Shown here: positions 10,393 to 19,015 of the stretch, in pieces
Layout of the letters: each line of letters opens with the position of its first letter
Position numbering within the stretch: position 1 is the stretch's first letter
DNA from: Candidatus Saccharimonadota bacterium
GTDB lineage: Bacteria; Patescibacteriota; Saccharimonadia; Saccharimonadales; JAXHMH01
DNA: 64,000 bases
Assembly: GCA_034521515.1 (NCBI GenBank)
Contig: JAXHMH010000002.1
Location: 512,444 to 576,443 of the forward strand
Direction: 5' to 3'
Notes under the pieces: model-generated
What the model saw: only the letters and a program-made list of their open reading frames with translations
The model's database searches: none
Told to the model about the DNA's origin: nothing
Translations under genes and position numbers: made by a program

Positions 10393-11412
10393 ATGCAGGG
10401 GATACAGAAATTTAATAGAGTTGTTGCGTTTGGGCTAACAACAGTAATGGTACTCGGAACAGTAAGTTTTGTGCAGGCAATACCCACAGAATCGTCACTG
10501 TTGCTGGATGATTCACGCCCAAGCCAAACAACAGATTATACGTTTAACACGAGCACACTTGCAGGGACATCTCTGCAGTGTATTGAACTTGACCTCGGTG
10601 CGAACTCCGATGGTACAGGTGCGATTACTGGTCTAGATACATCAGGTTCATCACTCAGTTCTAGTACACTTATCGACACAGGCAATTGGGCAGTAGATAA
10701 CACTGCCAGCGCCGGACACACCTTACGTGCTACGTACGCAACTGGTGAAACCCCGAGTGCAAGTGGGAACATTGTTTGGGGTGGTGTAGATAACGGCACT
10801 GTCGAAGACACTGGGTATTTCGGAGTCTTTAGTACGTACTCCGATGCCGCATGTTCAACTCTGGTGGAGTCAACAACCGTACAATTTATCTACACAGATG
10901 GCCAGCAAGTCAGTTTGACTGTTGACCCAAGCTTTACTTTTACGGTAGCAGGTGTGGCTGATTCGCAGTCTGTGAATGGTGCAACTACGACAGTTACGAC
11001 AACTGCAACGACCGTTCCATTTGGCCAGGTCACGATCGGTAGCAATGGCATAGCTGCTCAAGATCTAGAAATCGGCACTAACGCCCAGAACGGCTACAAC
11101 ATCTATGCTCGCTACACCGATCCGCTAACTAACGCATCAAGTGACGAAATAACAAATCATACTGGTACAAACGGCACACCGACATCCTTCTCAGCAGCAG
11201 GAACAGAAGCGTTTGGTTACACCACAGATGATTTATTTGGCACAAACCTCTGGGCAGGTTTTACAACGACTAATGCTCCAGTTGCCACAAGTGCAACATC
11301 AATCACTGGCACAGAAACAACACGAGTTGGATTCCAGGCTGGCGTTGATACTGATACACCAGCTGGTACATATACCACCACTGTTATTTACACAGCTGTT
11401 CCGGCTTACTAA
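10393..11412 (+). CDS. Secreted T/S/G-rich protein with WxL-like C-terminal domain
   Basis: ATG 10393 gives a signal peptide (MQGIQKFNRVVAFGLTTVMVLGTVSFVQA). The C-terminal roughly 150 aa align with the C-terminus of the giant protein, and both end ...PAG(T/F)Y(T/S)TT(V/I)(I/Y)YT....Y. Confidence 0.6.
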   Translation: MQGIQKFNRVVAFGLTTVMVLGTVSFVQAIPTESSLLLDDSRPSQTTDYTFNTSTLAGTSLQCIELDLGANSDGTGAITGLDTSGSSLSSSTLIDTGNWAVDNTASAGHTLRATYATGETPSASGNIVWGGVDNGTVEDTGYFGVFSTYSDAACSTLVESTTVQFIYTDGQQVSLTVDPSFTFTVAGVADSQSVNGATTTVTTTATTVPFGQVTIGSNGIAAQDLEIGTNAQNGYNIYARYTDPLTNASSDEITNHTGTNGTPTSFSAAGTEAFGYTTDDLFGTNLWAGFTTTNAPVATSATSITGTETTRVGFQAGVDTDTPAGTYTTTVIYTAVPAY

Positions 11413-11432
11413 ATCAATTGCAACTTAAAATT

Positions 11433-11465
11433 CGTAGCCGAAACTTGCTCGGCTACGTTTTCTTA
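11433..11465 (+). terminator. Rho-independent terminator
   Basis: Stem cgtagccg / cggctacg followed by ttttctt, directly after the stop of 10393..11412. Confidence 0.7.
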
Positions 11466-11491
11466 TTTACAATAACCTCATTAGGAACTAT

Positions 11492-12427
11492 ATGGGACGG
11501 AAACATACAGTATTTATCGGTGCGTTAGTCATTTTGCTGGGCATTTTTTCCTATGCAGTCGTACAAGCTCAAAATGACAGACTAACACTTAGCATCTCAC
11601 CTCCGTTATTTGAGCTGTCCGCTAACCCGGGCGACACAGTCACTAATACCATAAAAGTCTCTAACTTAAGCGATGAACCGCAAACAGTTCTGGTTGATAG
11701 ACGTAATTTTACGGCGCTTGGTGAAGAGGGAGGTGTTGATTTAACCGAAGACGATACTTCTTATTCGCTGGCTTCCTGGGTAGAGGTTGACGCTGGACAA
11801 ACGACAATCCCGGCGCGTGGTTCACAGGAATTTGATTTTACGGTTTCAGTTCCTGCAAACGCCGAACCAGGTGGACATTTTGGTTCACTGGTGTTCAAGA
11901 CTGACCCAACTCCTCTTGAAGAGGGACAAGCTGGAGCATCTGTCGGACAAGAAATAGGATCGTTATTACTGGTGCGTGTAGCTGGTGACATCCGTGAGCA
12001 GCTTGATGTTGCGAGCTTCGAGAGCGAGTTTGGCTTTTATGATAACGGTCCGGTCACACTTGAAACACGTATAGAAAACAGCGGTAATGTGCACGTAAAA
12101 CCACGGGGTACTATTACGATTAACGATATGCTTGGTAATGAGGTTGCCAGTGTCGCGCTCGATGAGCGCAATGTTCTACCGGATTCAATCCGAAAGATTG
12201 ATACAGCGTGGGAAGATTCGGGGTTGCGCTTCGGCCGCTATACAGCTAACTTGAGCTTGGTATACGGGGGTGATAACGCAATAGTGATAAGCAGCACTAA
12301 TTTTGTTATGTTCCCTATTAGGCAGGCTTTGGTTGGTGTGGCTATTATTGGAGTCTTAGTTTATGTTGGCTATCGCTACCGTGATCGTTTCCGCGAAGCT
12401 TTCAGAGTATTAGCGGGCAAAAACTAA
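11492..12427 (+). CDS. Membrane-anchored cell-surface protein, DUF916/DUF3324-like, paralog 2
   Basis: Signal peptide, LTLSISPPLFELSANPGDTVTNTIKVSN, NAEPGGHFGSLVFKT, and a C-terminal TM followed by YRYRDRFR. Same layout as 9295..10269. Confidence 0.55.
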   Translation: MGRKHTVFIGALVILLGIFSYAVVQAQNDRLTLSISPPLFELSANPGDTVTNTIKVSNLSDEPQTVLVDRRNFTALGEEGGVDLTEDDTSYSLASWVEVDAGQTTIPARGSQEFDFTVSVPANAEPGGHFGSLVFKTDPTPLEEGQAGASVGQEIGSLLLVRVAGDIREQLDVASFESEFGFYDNGPVTLETRIENSGNVHVKPRGTITINDMLGNEVASVALDERNVLPDSIRKIDTAWEDSGLRFGRYTANLSLVYGGDNAIVISSTNFVMFPIRQALVGVAIIGVLVYVGYRYRDRFREAFRVLAGKN

Positions 12428-12442
12428 GACCTTTTAAGCAAC

Positions 12443-13840
12443 ATGAGCCGCCTATTATACGCACTACACCTAAAACAGGTTTGCTCTATACTGCTTATGA
12501 TAATGTTGGTGCTCTCGCCTGTAGCTCAACCAGCATTTGCAAGCACGTTTGCGCCGGAGCTACACGTTGATGTTAATTTGAATGTTGGTGACACAATACT
12601 TACAGTTGAAGGCAAGACAGCACCCAACGCATTTGTTACGATTTTAAGAGGCTCAACCACCATCGGTACAACCAGCGCCAATAGCTCTGGGTTGTTTTCT
12701 AGATCGTTCCCCGCTCAGTCCAGCGGTACGCAAACAATAAGAGTTTTTGCAAAGACTAGTGACGGTAAGCTAACCGATACGGTGTCAAAAAACATTAACC
12801 TTGCCAGCCAAACAGAGACAACCGTGACATTTTTCTTGCCAACCACTATCGAACTAGCATCTCAAACCGTACAGGTAGGCGATGACATTACGTTTAGTGG
12901 CCGTACTGTTCCTGGAGCCACAATTACACTATCTATAGATAACATGACAAACCGTACCGTGGCTACTAATAGTGCGGGTGTTTGGTCGCACAGCATGTCA
13001 ACAACAGGCTTCTATATTGGTATGCACAATGTGTTTGCAATAGTTAATACCCAGCTTGGGGAATATAGTCAGCCTACTAGTCAGCGTATGTTTCAAGTGA
13101 TTGCGGCCGAACAATCAAATGCTATGCCGCCTGAGGAGCAGACGCCACCGGTGTCGGTTACGGTGCCTGGGATTACCGAGCCAACCGATAGGCAACAAGT
13201 AACTAAAGATACCGTCATTATAAGAGGCTTATCTGAGTCGAATGTCCAGATTGAGCTTTGGGATGGTGACACGATTATTGGCTCAGTTTTTGCTAATCAT
13301 CTTGGTGAATGGCAGCTGGAATTCCAGCCAAGTAATTCGCAGCACTTGCTACGAGTTCGGGCATGTATTCAAGATGTTTGCAGTGGTTTATCGTCTGGTG
13401 TCACAGTGTTTTTTGATAGCGGTCAAGCGGAGCAGAGCTTAATACTACTCCTGGATAGATACAGGCATAATGTCCAGGTTGGCAGCGGAGCGTCAATCGG
13501 AATGTCTATACAAAACGGACAGAAACCGTACGAGCTTATCATTGATTGGGGCGACACCACGACAGAATCAATTGGCTTAGAACGCAGCGGCTATATAAGT
13601 CCGAAACATACGTACCAAGATATTGGTCACTATACCGGCACGGTGTCGGTGCGCGATAGCGACGGTTTGGTGCAAACCAAACACTTTTCAGTCTTAGTAA
13701 GTGTACGCACGGATAGTAGCTTAACACTGGGAAGCATTGGGTTTAGTATGTCGGTGGCAGTTCTCGTACCAACTCTACTCGTTGTCAGTAGAGGTTGGTG
13801 GTGGGGACTACTTATTAATCGCTGGAAACAGTTTAAATAA
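12443..13840 (+). CDS. Surface protein with Ig-like repeats, a PKD-like domain and a C-terminal TM anchor
   Basis: Signal peptide and repeated TVxGxTxPxAxVT Ig-like units. IDWGDTTTE...HTYQDIGHYTGTVSVRDSDG is PKD-like. C-terminal hydrophobic helix. Confidence 0.6.
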   Translation: MSRLLYALHLKQVCSILLMIMLVLSPVAQPAFASTFAPELHVDVNLNVGDTILTVEGKTAPNAFVTILRGSTTIGTTSANSSGLFSRSFPAQSSGTQTIRVFAKTSDGKLTDTVSKNINLASQTETTVTFFLPTTIELASQTVQVGDDITFSGRTVPGATITLSIDNMTNRTVATNSAGVWSHSMSTTGFYIGMHNVFAIVNTQLGEYSQPTSQRMFQVIAAEQSNAMPPEEQTPPVSVTVPGITEPTDRQQVTKDTVIIRGLSESNVQIELWDGDTIIGSVFANHLGEWQLEFQPSNSQHLLRVRACIQDVCSGLSSGVTVFFDSGQAEQSLILLLDRYRHNVQVGSGASIGMSIQNGQKPYELIIDWGDTTTESIGLERSGYISPKHTYQDIGHYTGTVSVRDSDGLVQTKHFSVLVSVRTDSSLTLGSIGFSMSVAVLVPTLLVVSRGWWWGLLINRWKQFK

Positions 13841-13863
13841 GTGCTACCAAGTAGCTCTATACT

Positions 13864-13889
13864 AAACGCGCCAGTCGAGTGGCGCGTTT
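13864..13889 (+). terminator. Rho-independent terminator closing the surface locus
   Basis: Stem aaacgcgcc / ggcgcgttt with a short loop. Confidence 0.6.
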
Positions 13890-13974
13890 AGCAAGAGTGC
13901 CGTTAACTGGCCATAAAACAGTGGTAAATCATTGAAAATATGCTATCATTGGATATCGTACAATCAAGCACCAT

Positions 13975-14155
13975 CGGGGTGTGGCCCCGCCTGTCTGGCC
14001 GAGCCCCCTGTCTTTCTGGCAAGAAGGCCAGGCAGGACGGACAGGGCAGTTGGCTAGCGTGAGAAGTGCCAGTGGCACTTCGCAAGGGAATCCACTCTTG
14101 CAAACTTGTTTGCTAAGATGTGGTGACGGGGTCGCAGAATGTGACCGCGGTTTGG
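13975..14155 (+). pseudogene. Interrupted 5'-half copy of tRNA-Pro
   Basis: cggggtgtggc, gcagttggctagcg and cgcggtttgg match tRNA-Pro positions 1 to about 36, in order. They are separated by inserts of 60 nt (13986..14045) and 86 nt (14060..14145). There is no matching 3' half. Confidence 0.75.
13986..14045 (+). repeat. 60-nt hairpin insertion element, copy A
   Basis: About 90 percent identical to 28161..28220 by my reading. Removing it restores a contiguous tRNA-Pro sequence (gtggc|gcag). Confidence 0.8.
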
Positions 14156-14205
14156 CCAAACCGGTTAGGACAGAACGTTAACAATTAACAAATAGATACA
14201 CCTAT

Positions 14206-14282
14206 CGGGGTGTGGCGCAGTTGGCTAGCGCGCGCGGTTTGGGACCGTGAGGTCGAAGGTTCGAGTCCTTTCACCCCGACCA
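14206..14282 (+). tRNA. tRNA-Pro (anticodon TGG), CCA encoded
   Basis: Manual cloverleaf: acceptor CGGGGTG/CACCCCG, anticodon loop TTTGGGA, T arm GAAGG-TTCGAGT-CCTTT, 77 nt. Confidence 0.9.
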
Positions 14283-14384
14283 ATAAAAAAAGGTTACCTT
14301 GTGTAGCCTTTTTTTATTGGTTAGAGTCAACGGCTCGGTTCTTCGACACAGATTTGCACCAGCAAATATGCAAGTCGAAGGTTC
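14268..14384 (+). repeat. 117-bp direct repeat, copy 1 (tRNA-Pro 3' end, bidirectional terminator and hairpin)
   Basis: Matches 14633..14749 with one mismatch. Contains the 14-nt inverted repeat ccaataaaaaaagg...cctttttttattgg. Confidence 0.85.
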
Positions 14385-14476
14385 GGTGTAGCGCAGCGTA
14401 GGCGAGAAAGCGCTTTAGCATTTTCTCGGCAAGCAAGCGGAAAAGGACGTAGTCCGCTGTCCTTTCACCCCGACCA
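14374..14476 (+). pseudogene. tRNA-Pro T-arm/acceptor fragment split by a 74-nt insert
   Basis: gtcgaaggttcg, then an insert (14386..14459), then tcctttcaccccgacca. The break falls right after TTCG of the T loop. Confidence 0.7.
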
Positions 14477-14564
14477 TGAAAAAGGAGTCTCTTCATTGAG
14501 ACTCTTTTTTCATGCTTGGCTGAAAAGATTTGGTTCTTCGACTCGACAGCTTCAGCTGGCGATA

Positions 14565-14647
14565 GTCGAATGGTTCGGTCGTTAGTCACAGACCCCAGCG
14601 TTAGCGGGCGTCTGGATTAACGTGCGTTGTCTCTTTCACCCCGACCA
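14565..14647 (+). pseudogene. Second, diverged tRNA-Pro T-arm/acceptor fragment split by a 54-nt insert
   Basis: gtcgaatggttcg, then an insert (14578..14631), then tctttcaccccgacca. Confidence 0.65.
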
Positions 14648-14749
14648 ATAAAAAAAGGTTACCTTGTGTAGCCTTTTTTTATTGGTTAGAGTCAACGGCT
14701 CGGTTCTTCGACGCAGATTTGCACCAGCAAATATGCAAGTCGAAGGTTC
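14633..14749 (+). repeat. 117-bp direct repeat, copy 2
   Basis: See 14268..14384. Offset is 365 bp. Confidence 0.85.
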
Positions 14750-14837
14750 AAGCCTGCCCCGCACCAGAATTGGCGCGCGGGTTCTTTCACTGAGCTTAAC
14801 TTAGCCTTTAGTTATAGCGCTTGCTACAATAAGGCGT

Positions 14838-15482
14838 ATGATTCCTGCTTTGGCGGCGATTGCCGTCGTCTTTATTATCCTGCTGGCCAGCGAGACGTTG
14901 TGGCGTAATAAAAAATTGCGCGGGCTAGAGCAGTCCCGCAAGTTAGTACACATTACTGTCGGATCGTTTATTGCTAGTTGGGCGTTTTTTATGCCACTGT
15001 GGCATATCCAAATCATTGCAGCATTAATGCTGGTCGTAGTGTTGGTCTCACGCACTCTAAAGGTCTTTCGTGGCATTCATTCGGTAAAACGTAAAACCTA
15101 TGGAGACTTACTGTACCCGATAAGCATTGGCTTGGTTGCAGCCCTAGCTTCATCACCATGGATCTTTGCTGCGGCAATCCTGCACATGAGCGTAGCGGAC
15201 GGCTTGGCTGCGGTTATCGGCAATAAGTTTGGCAAAGGTAACTCCTATAAGGTGTTTGTCGAGACAAAATCTATAATTGGGACTGCAACTTGCTTGGTGG
15301 TTTCGGCACTTATTATAAGTTGGATTATATTGTGGAGCCCGGCTGGGTTTGACGTGCTTATGTGGCCAGCTATTCTTTGGGTTCCGGTACTTGTTGCAGC
15401 GGTAGAAAATTTATCGCCCTACGGCACAGACAATCTCACAGTTCCGATCATCGTAGTATTATCGCTCAGTAGCCTGTTATAG
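14838..15482 (+). CDS. Polytopic membrane protein, CTP-dependent polyprenol/diacylglycerol kinase (CdsA/dolichol kinase-like) family
   Basis: Multiple TM helices. SVADGLAAVIGNKFGKG resembles the cytidylyltransferase-family motif. Confidence 0.55.
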   Translation: MIPALAAIAVVFIILLASETLWRNKKLRGLEQSRKLVHITVGSFIASWAFFMPLWHIQIIAALMLVVVLVSRTLKVFRGIHSVKRKTYGDLLYPISIGLVAALASSPWIFAAAILHMSVADGLAAVIGNKFGKGNSYKVFVETKSIIGTATCLVVSALIISWIILWSPAGFDVLMWPAILWVPVLVAAVENLSPYGTDNLTVPIIVVLSLSSLL

Positions 15483-15519
15483 CTCACAAAAACAAATATC
15501 TTTTGCTATACTGTGAGTC

Positions 15520-16101
15520 ATGAGCAAAGACAAGGGGGTTGTCGGTAAGGTACGGCAACATTTTGAAGATTATTTACGCGAGTTTGTTTATGGCGGTATT
15601 GACGGCGCCATAACCACCTTTGCAGTTGTTGCAGGTTCGGCCGGTGCGGGCTTTGAGGTTACAGTTATTCTTGTTTTAGGCTTTGCCAACCTGATTGCCG
15701 ATGGCTTATCTATGGGCGTAGGATCGTATCTGTCAACAAAGTCTGAGATTGAGCTGGCACACAAACATGGTGAAGCAGGCAAAGGTAGCGACGATGTATC
15801 ACCTGCTATAAATGGGGTCACGACCTACTTTGCGTTTATATTCTTTGGGCTTATTCCGTTGTTGGCGTACACCCTTGAAAAGATATTTGATTTTATAGTA
15901 TTTGATAACACTTTCTTAATAGCCTGTATTTTTACCGCGGTTGCTTTTGTGGCAATCGGGGCATTAAAGAGTAAGGTTGCCGAGACGTCTATCTGGCGTA
16001 GTGTCGGAGAAACAGTCTTTCTTGGTGTCCTTGCTGCGGTGTTAGCATACGGCATCGGTTACCTGTTAGAAAGTCTTATCGTGGGTGCTCCTGCGGTTTA
16101 G
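15520..16101 (+). CDS. VIT1/CCC1-family iron/manganese transporter
   Basis: YLREFVYGGIDGAITTFAVVAGSAGAG followed by repeated TM segments. Confidence 0.8.
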   Translation: MSKDKGVVGKVRQHFEDYLREFVYGGIDGAITTFAVVAGSAGAGFEVTVILVLGFANLIADGLSMGVGSYLSTKSEIELAHKHGEAGKGSDDVSPAINGVTTYFAFIFFGLIPLLAYTLEKIFDFIVFDNTFLIACIFTAVAFVAIGALKSKVAETSIWRSVGETVFLGVLAAVLAYGIGYLLESLIVGAPAV

Positions 16102-16159
16102 TTGTTAGTCTCTTAACTAAAACGGAGAAACCGAAGGAAGACTTTGCTACAATACGGTT

Positions 16160-16534
16160 ATGATTTTAAAAAGTTGCTTTACCTGGTGGTATAGTCACGG
16201 TATTCGCTGGATGTGGCAACGCGCTATTGCCGATAGATTACTAATATGCGTCGAACGATTTTCGCTTGGTTCACTATTTAAAACTTTGTTTGCACCGTAT
16301 AAGCAAACCGTGGCTGGAAAGTACGGCAAAGGTATAGGCGCTTTCTTCTGGTCAGCTATTGACTCTATGATATCTCGGTTTGTTGGTTCTACTGTGCGGT
16401 TCACTTTGATAGTTGCCGGCGGTATTAACGTCTTATTCGTTTTGGTGAGCGGTATGGTTATGGTCATAATTATGCCTTTAGTACCGATACTGGTACTGGT
16501 GAGTATTATCTCAGGTTGGTGGTTGCCCGCATGA
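16160..16534 (+). CDS. Hypothetical membrane protein (124 aa)
   Basis: ORF with a hydrophobic C-terminal half. Its stop overlaps the start of the next gene (ATGA). Confidence 0.5.
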   Translation: MILKSCFTWWYSHGIRWMWQRAIADRLLICVERFSLGSLFKTLFAPYKQTVAGKYGKGIGAFFWSAIDSMISRFVGSTVRFTLIVAGGINVLFVLVSGMVMVIIMPLVPILVLVSIISGWWLPA

Positions 16535-18951
16535 GACAGCTTGGTATCGATTTTGCATCTGACAGAGCCGCCAAAGCACGCGTTGCAGCGGTATTCGACA
16601 TTAAGCCTTTGCGTGCGCTGCTGTGGGTTATTGCTATTGCATCATCTATTGCGTGGTTGGGCTTGCTTGTCTGGGCTAACCAACCACTGGCTCACCTAAT
16701 AGCGTTACCCATTACTTTTTCAGTTATGCCGCTGTTTTGGTACTACGGCGAGCTAAGAAGTTTAGAACCGACCGCCAGTCTGGATCAGGCAGATGATGTC
16801 AGCCAAATACTGGATAGACGGATGTTGGCAAAAATACGTCGCGATACTACACCCCAGCAACTATGTGAAGTGATAGCCAAGCAGCCTGGTGGATATTTCT
16901 TCGGTTCACGGTACGGTATTGCCTACGACATGTTACGCACTGGGTTGAGTGATAAGTCAGAAGACATGGCGACGTTTTGGCAACAGGCACTAGCGTACGC
17001 TCAGCAAGCCGGCGATAAACAAGTCTCTAGTTATACGGTTGCGGCTGCTCTCGTAAAGCAGCTGCCTAACGCGGATAATTATTTGGCGTCAATACACCTA
17101 GACGAAAGCGACATAGTTGCCGGTCTAAAATGGCAACTGCACATAGACGACGTATTTGAACAGATAAAACAACGTAAGCACTACGGTGGGATCGGTCGAG
17201 ACCTAAGTTTTGGTTGGGCGCCACTGCTCAATAATATTGGGTTAAACCTGACTGACGGCATTCAACGTGGGGGCATGTTGCATCGTTCGGTGCAAAGCCA
17301 CAGAGGAATTGTTGATCAGATGATGCATGTACTAGCACAACCTGGTAAACGTAACGCCACGTTGGTCGGTGAAGTTGGGGTCGGTAAAACTACGTTGGTT
17401 CATGCCCTAGCACAGCGGCTCCTGGAGGAGCCTGAATCGGCTCCGGAAGTGTTGCGCTATAACCAAATTATTGCACTAGATCCTACGCATCTTATAGCTA
17501 ACGCCAAGGGCAGAGGGCAGCTTGAGGAGTTGTTGATCCACATATTCAACGAAGCGATAAAAGTAAAAAATGTCGTGCTGTTTTTGGATAATGCCGAACT
17601 GTTCTTAAAAGAAGGCACCGGCAGTGTTGATTTATCAAGCTTGCTATTGCCTGTTTTGGAAGACGGGGCACTGCGTATAGTCCTGTCGCTTGATGAGCAA
17701 GAATGGTTGCGCTTGAGTCAGAGCAACCCTGGGCTTGCCCAGCTTTTGAACCGAGTGGTGGTCAAGCCTCTTGAAGAAGACGAGGCAACCCAGGTCATGG
17801 AGGATCAAGTGTTACTCCTGGAAGGGCAGTACAAGGTGGTGTACATGTATCCGTCGCTTAAAGAGGCCTATAAGTTAGCCGAGCGCTATGTTCGTGAGCT
17901 GGCTATGCCGGGCAGCGCGATAAAATTGCTTGAAGCAGCAGCTGGTTTTCCGGAACAAAAGCATTTTATAACTGCTCGCTCACTTCAGCAGGCAGCCGAG
18001 AAATCTTTTGACGTTAAAGTGCAAACTGCCAGCACGGCAGAGGAAAAAGACGTGTTGCTCAATCTAGAAGAGAAAATTCACAAGCGTATGGTTAACCAGA
18101 GTCGTGCGGTTACGCTGGTTAGCGATGCACTGCGGCGAGCCCGGGCAGGCGTTAGGAACCAAAATCGTCCTATAGGTACGTTTCTGTTCCTTGGCCCGAC
18201 CGGTGTTGGTAAAACTGAGTTATCTAAAGCAGTGGCTGATGCGTATTTTGGCGGTGAGGATAGGATGGTGCGAATTGACCTCAACCAATACTCGCAATCT
18301 AAGGACACTTCACGGCTACTGGCAGTAGGCGCCAATGATCCGCACAGTCTATGTGCGCAGATTATAAAACAGCCGTTTAGTGTTGTGTTGTTGGATGAGA
18401 TTGAGAAGGCGCACGACAGTGTGTTAAACGTTCTGTTGCAGATGCTTGATGAGGGAGTGCTTCGTGATGAAGAAAACAAGCCGGTGAGCTTCAGAGACGC
18501 GATTATAGTCGCAACCAGTAATGCCGGGGCTGATAAAATTAGGCAGCATATCGACAAAGGCGAAGCTTTAGAGAAGTTCGAAGAAGCCTTCACCAATGAG
18601 CTAATTGATAGCAATATCTTTAAACCGGAGTTTATTAACCGTTTTGATGAAATCGTGCTATTCCGTCCACTTACTCAAGAAGAGTTAGGGCAGATTGTTG
18701 ATTTGCAATTGCTACAGCTTAATAAACGGCTCGGGGCACAAAAGATTAATGTGGCGCTTACAGATGAGGCTAAACAGCTGCTTTTGAGCGTTGGGTATGA
18801 TGCTCGTCTAGGGGCAAGGCCGTTGCGGCGGGCAATGCAGCGAGCGGTAGAGAATGTGGTTGCTCAGAAGATGCTCAAAGACCAAGCTGCACCCGGCCAG
18901 ACCATCCAGCTTGATGCTCCTGAGCTGCAAGAAGCCCTTAAAGAGAGATAA
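16531..18951 (+). CDS. Membrane-anchored Clp/Hsp100-family AAA+ ATPase with a degenerate first nucleotide-binding domain
   Basis: Two N-terminal TM helices. D1 has Walker A GEVGVGKT but Walker B reads VVLFLDNAE. D2 is intact (GPTGVGKTE, VVLLDEIEKAH, ATSNAG). Has a ClpA/B-type C-terminal domain (ARPLRRAMQ). Confidence 0.8.
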   Translation: MRQLGIDFASDRAAKARVAAVFDIKPLRALLWVIAIASSIAWLGLLVWANQPLAHLIALPITFSVMPLFWYYGELRSLEPTASLDQADDVSQILDRRMLAKIRRDTTPQQLCEVIAKQPGGYFFGSRYGIAYDMLRTGLSDKSEDMATFWQQALAYAQQAGDKQVSSYTVAAALVKQLPNADNYLASIHLDESDIVAGLKWQLHIDDVFEQIKQRKHYGGIGRDLSFGWAPLLNNIGLNLTDGIQRGGMLHRSVQSHRGIVDQMMHVLAQPGKRNATLVGEVGVGKTTLVHALAQRLLEEPESAPEVLRYNQIIALDPTHLIANAKGRGQLEELLIHIFNEAIKVKNVVLFLDNAELFLKEGTGSVDLSSLLLPVLEDGALRIVLSLDEQEWLRLSQSNPGLAQLLNRVVVKPLEEDEATQVMEDQVLLLEGQYKVVYMYPSLKEAYKLAERYVRELAMPGSAIKLLEAAAGFPEQKHFITARSLQQAAEKSFDVKVQTASTAEEKDVLLNLEEKIHKRMVNQSRAVTLVSDALRRARAGVRNQNRPIGTFLFLGPTGVGKTELSKAVADAYFGGEDRMVRIDLNQYSQSKDTSRLLAVGANDPHSLCAQIIKQPFSVVLLDEIEKAHDSVLNVLLQMLDEGVLRDEENKPVSFRDAIIVATSNAGADKIRQHIDKGEALEKFEEAFTNELIDSNIFKPEFINRFDEIVLFRPLTQEELGQIVDLQLLQLNKRLGAQKINVALTDEAKQLLLSVGYDARLGARPLRRAMQRAVENVVAQKMLKDQAAPGQTIQLDAPELQEALKER

Positions 18952-19015
18952 ACGCTCGCATATCTGTTATAATCTAGGCGTTCAGGCTAGTTTTATTGCC
19001 TTAATAGGCTAAGTT

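Noticed and set aside
13903-14589. Short ORFs across the tRNA-Pro fragment region (13903..14103, 13929..14159, 13981..14181, 14210..14401, 14314..14589)
   Set aside because: They run through tRNA and tRNA-fragment sequence and hairpin repeats. They have no SD or -10 context and an implausible composition.
18078-18614. 178-aa antisense ORF inside the Clp-family ATPase gene
   Set aside because: The sense strand has unambiguous AAA+ motifs. The antisense product is S/L-rich with low complexity.
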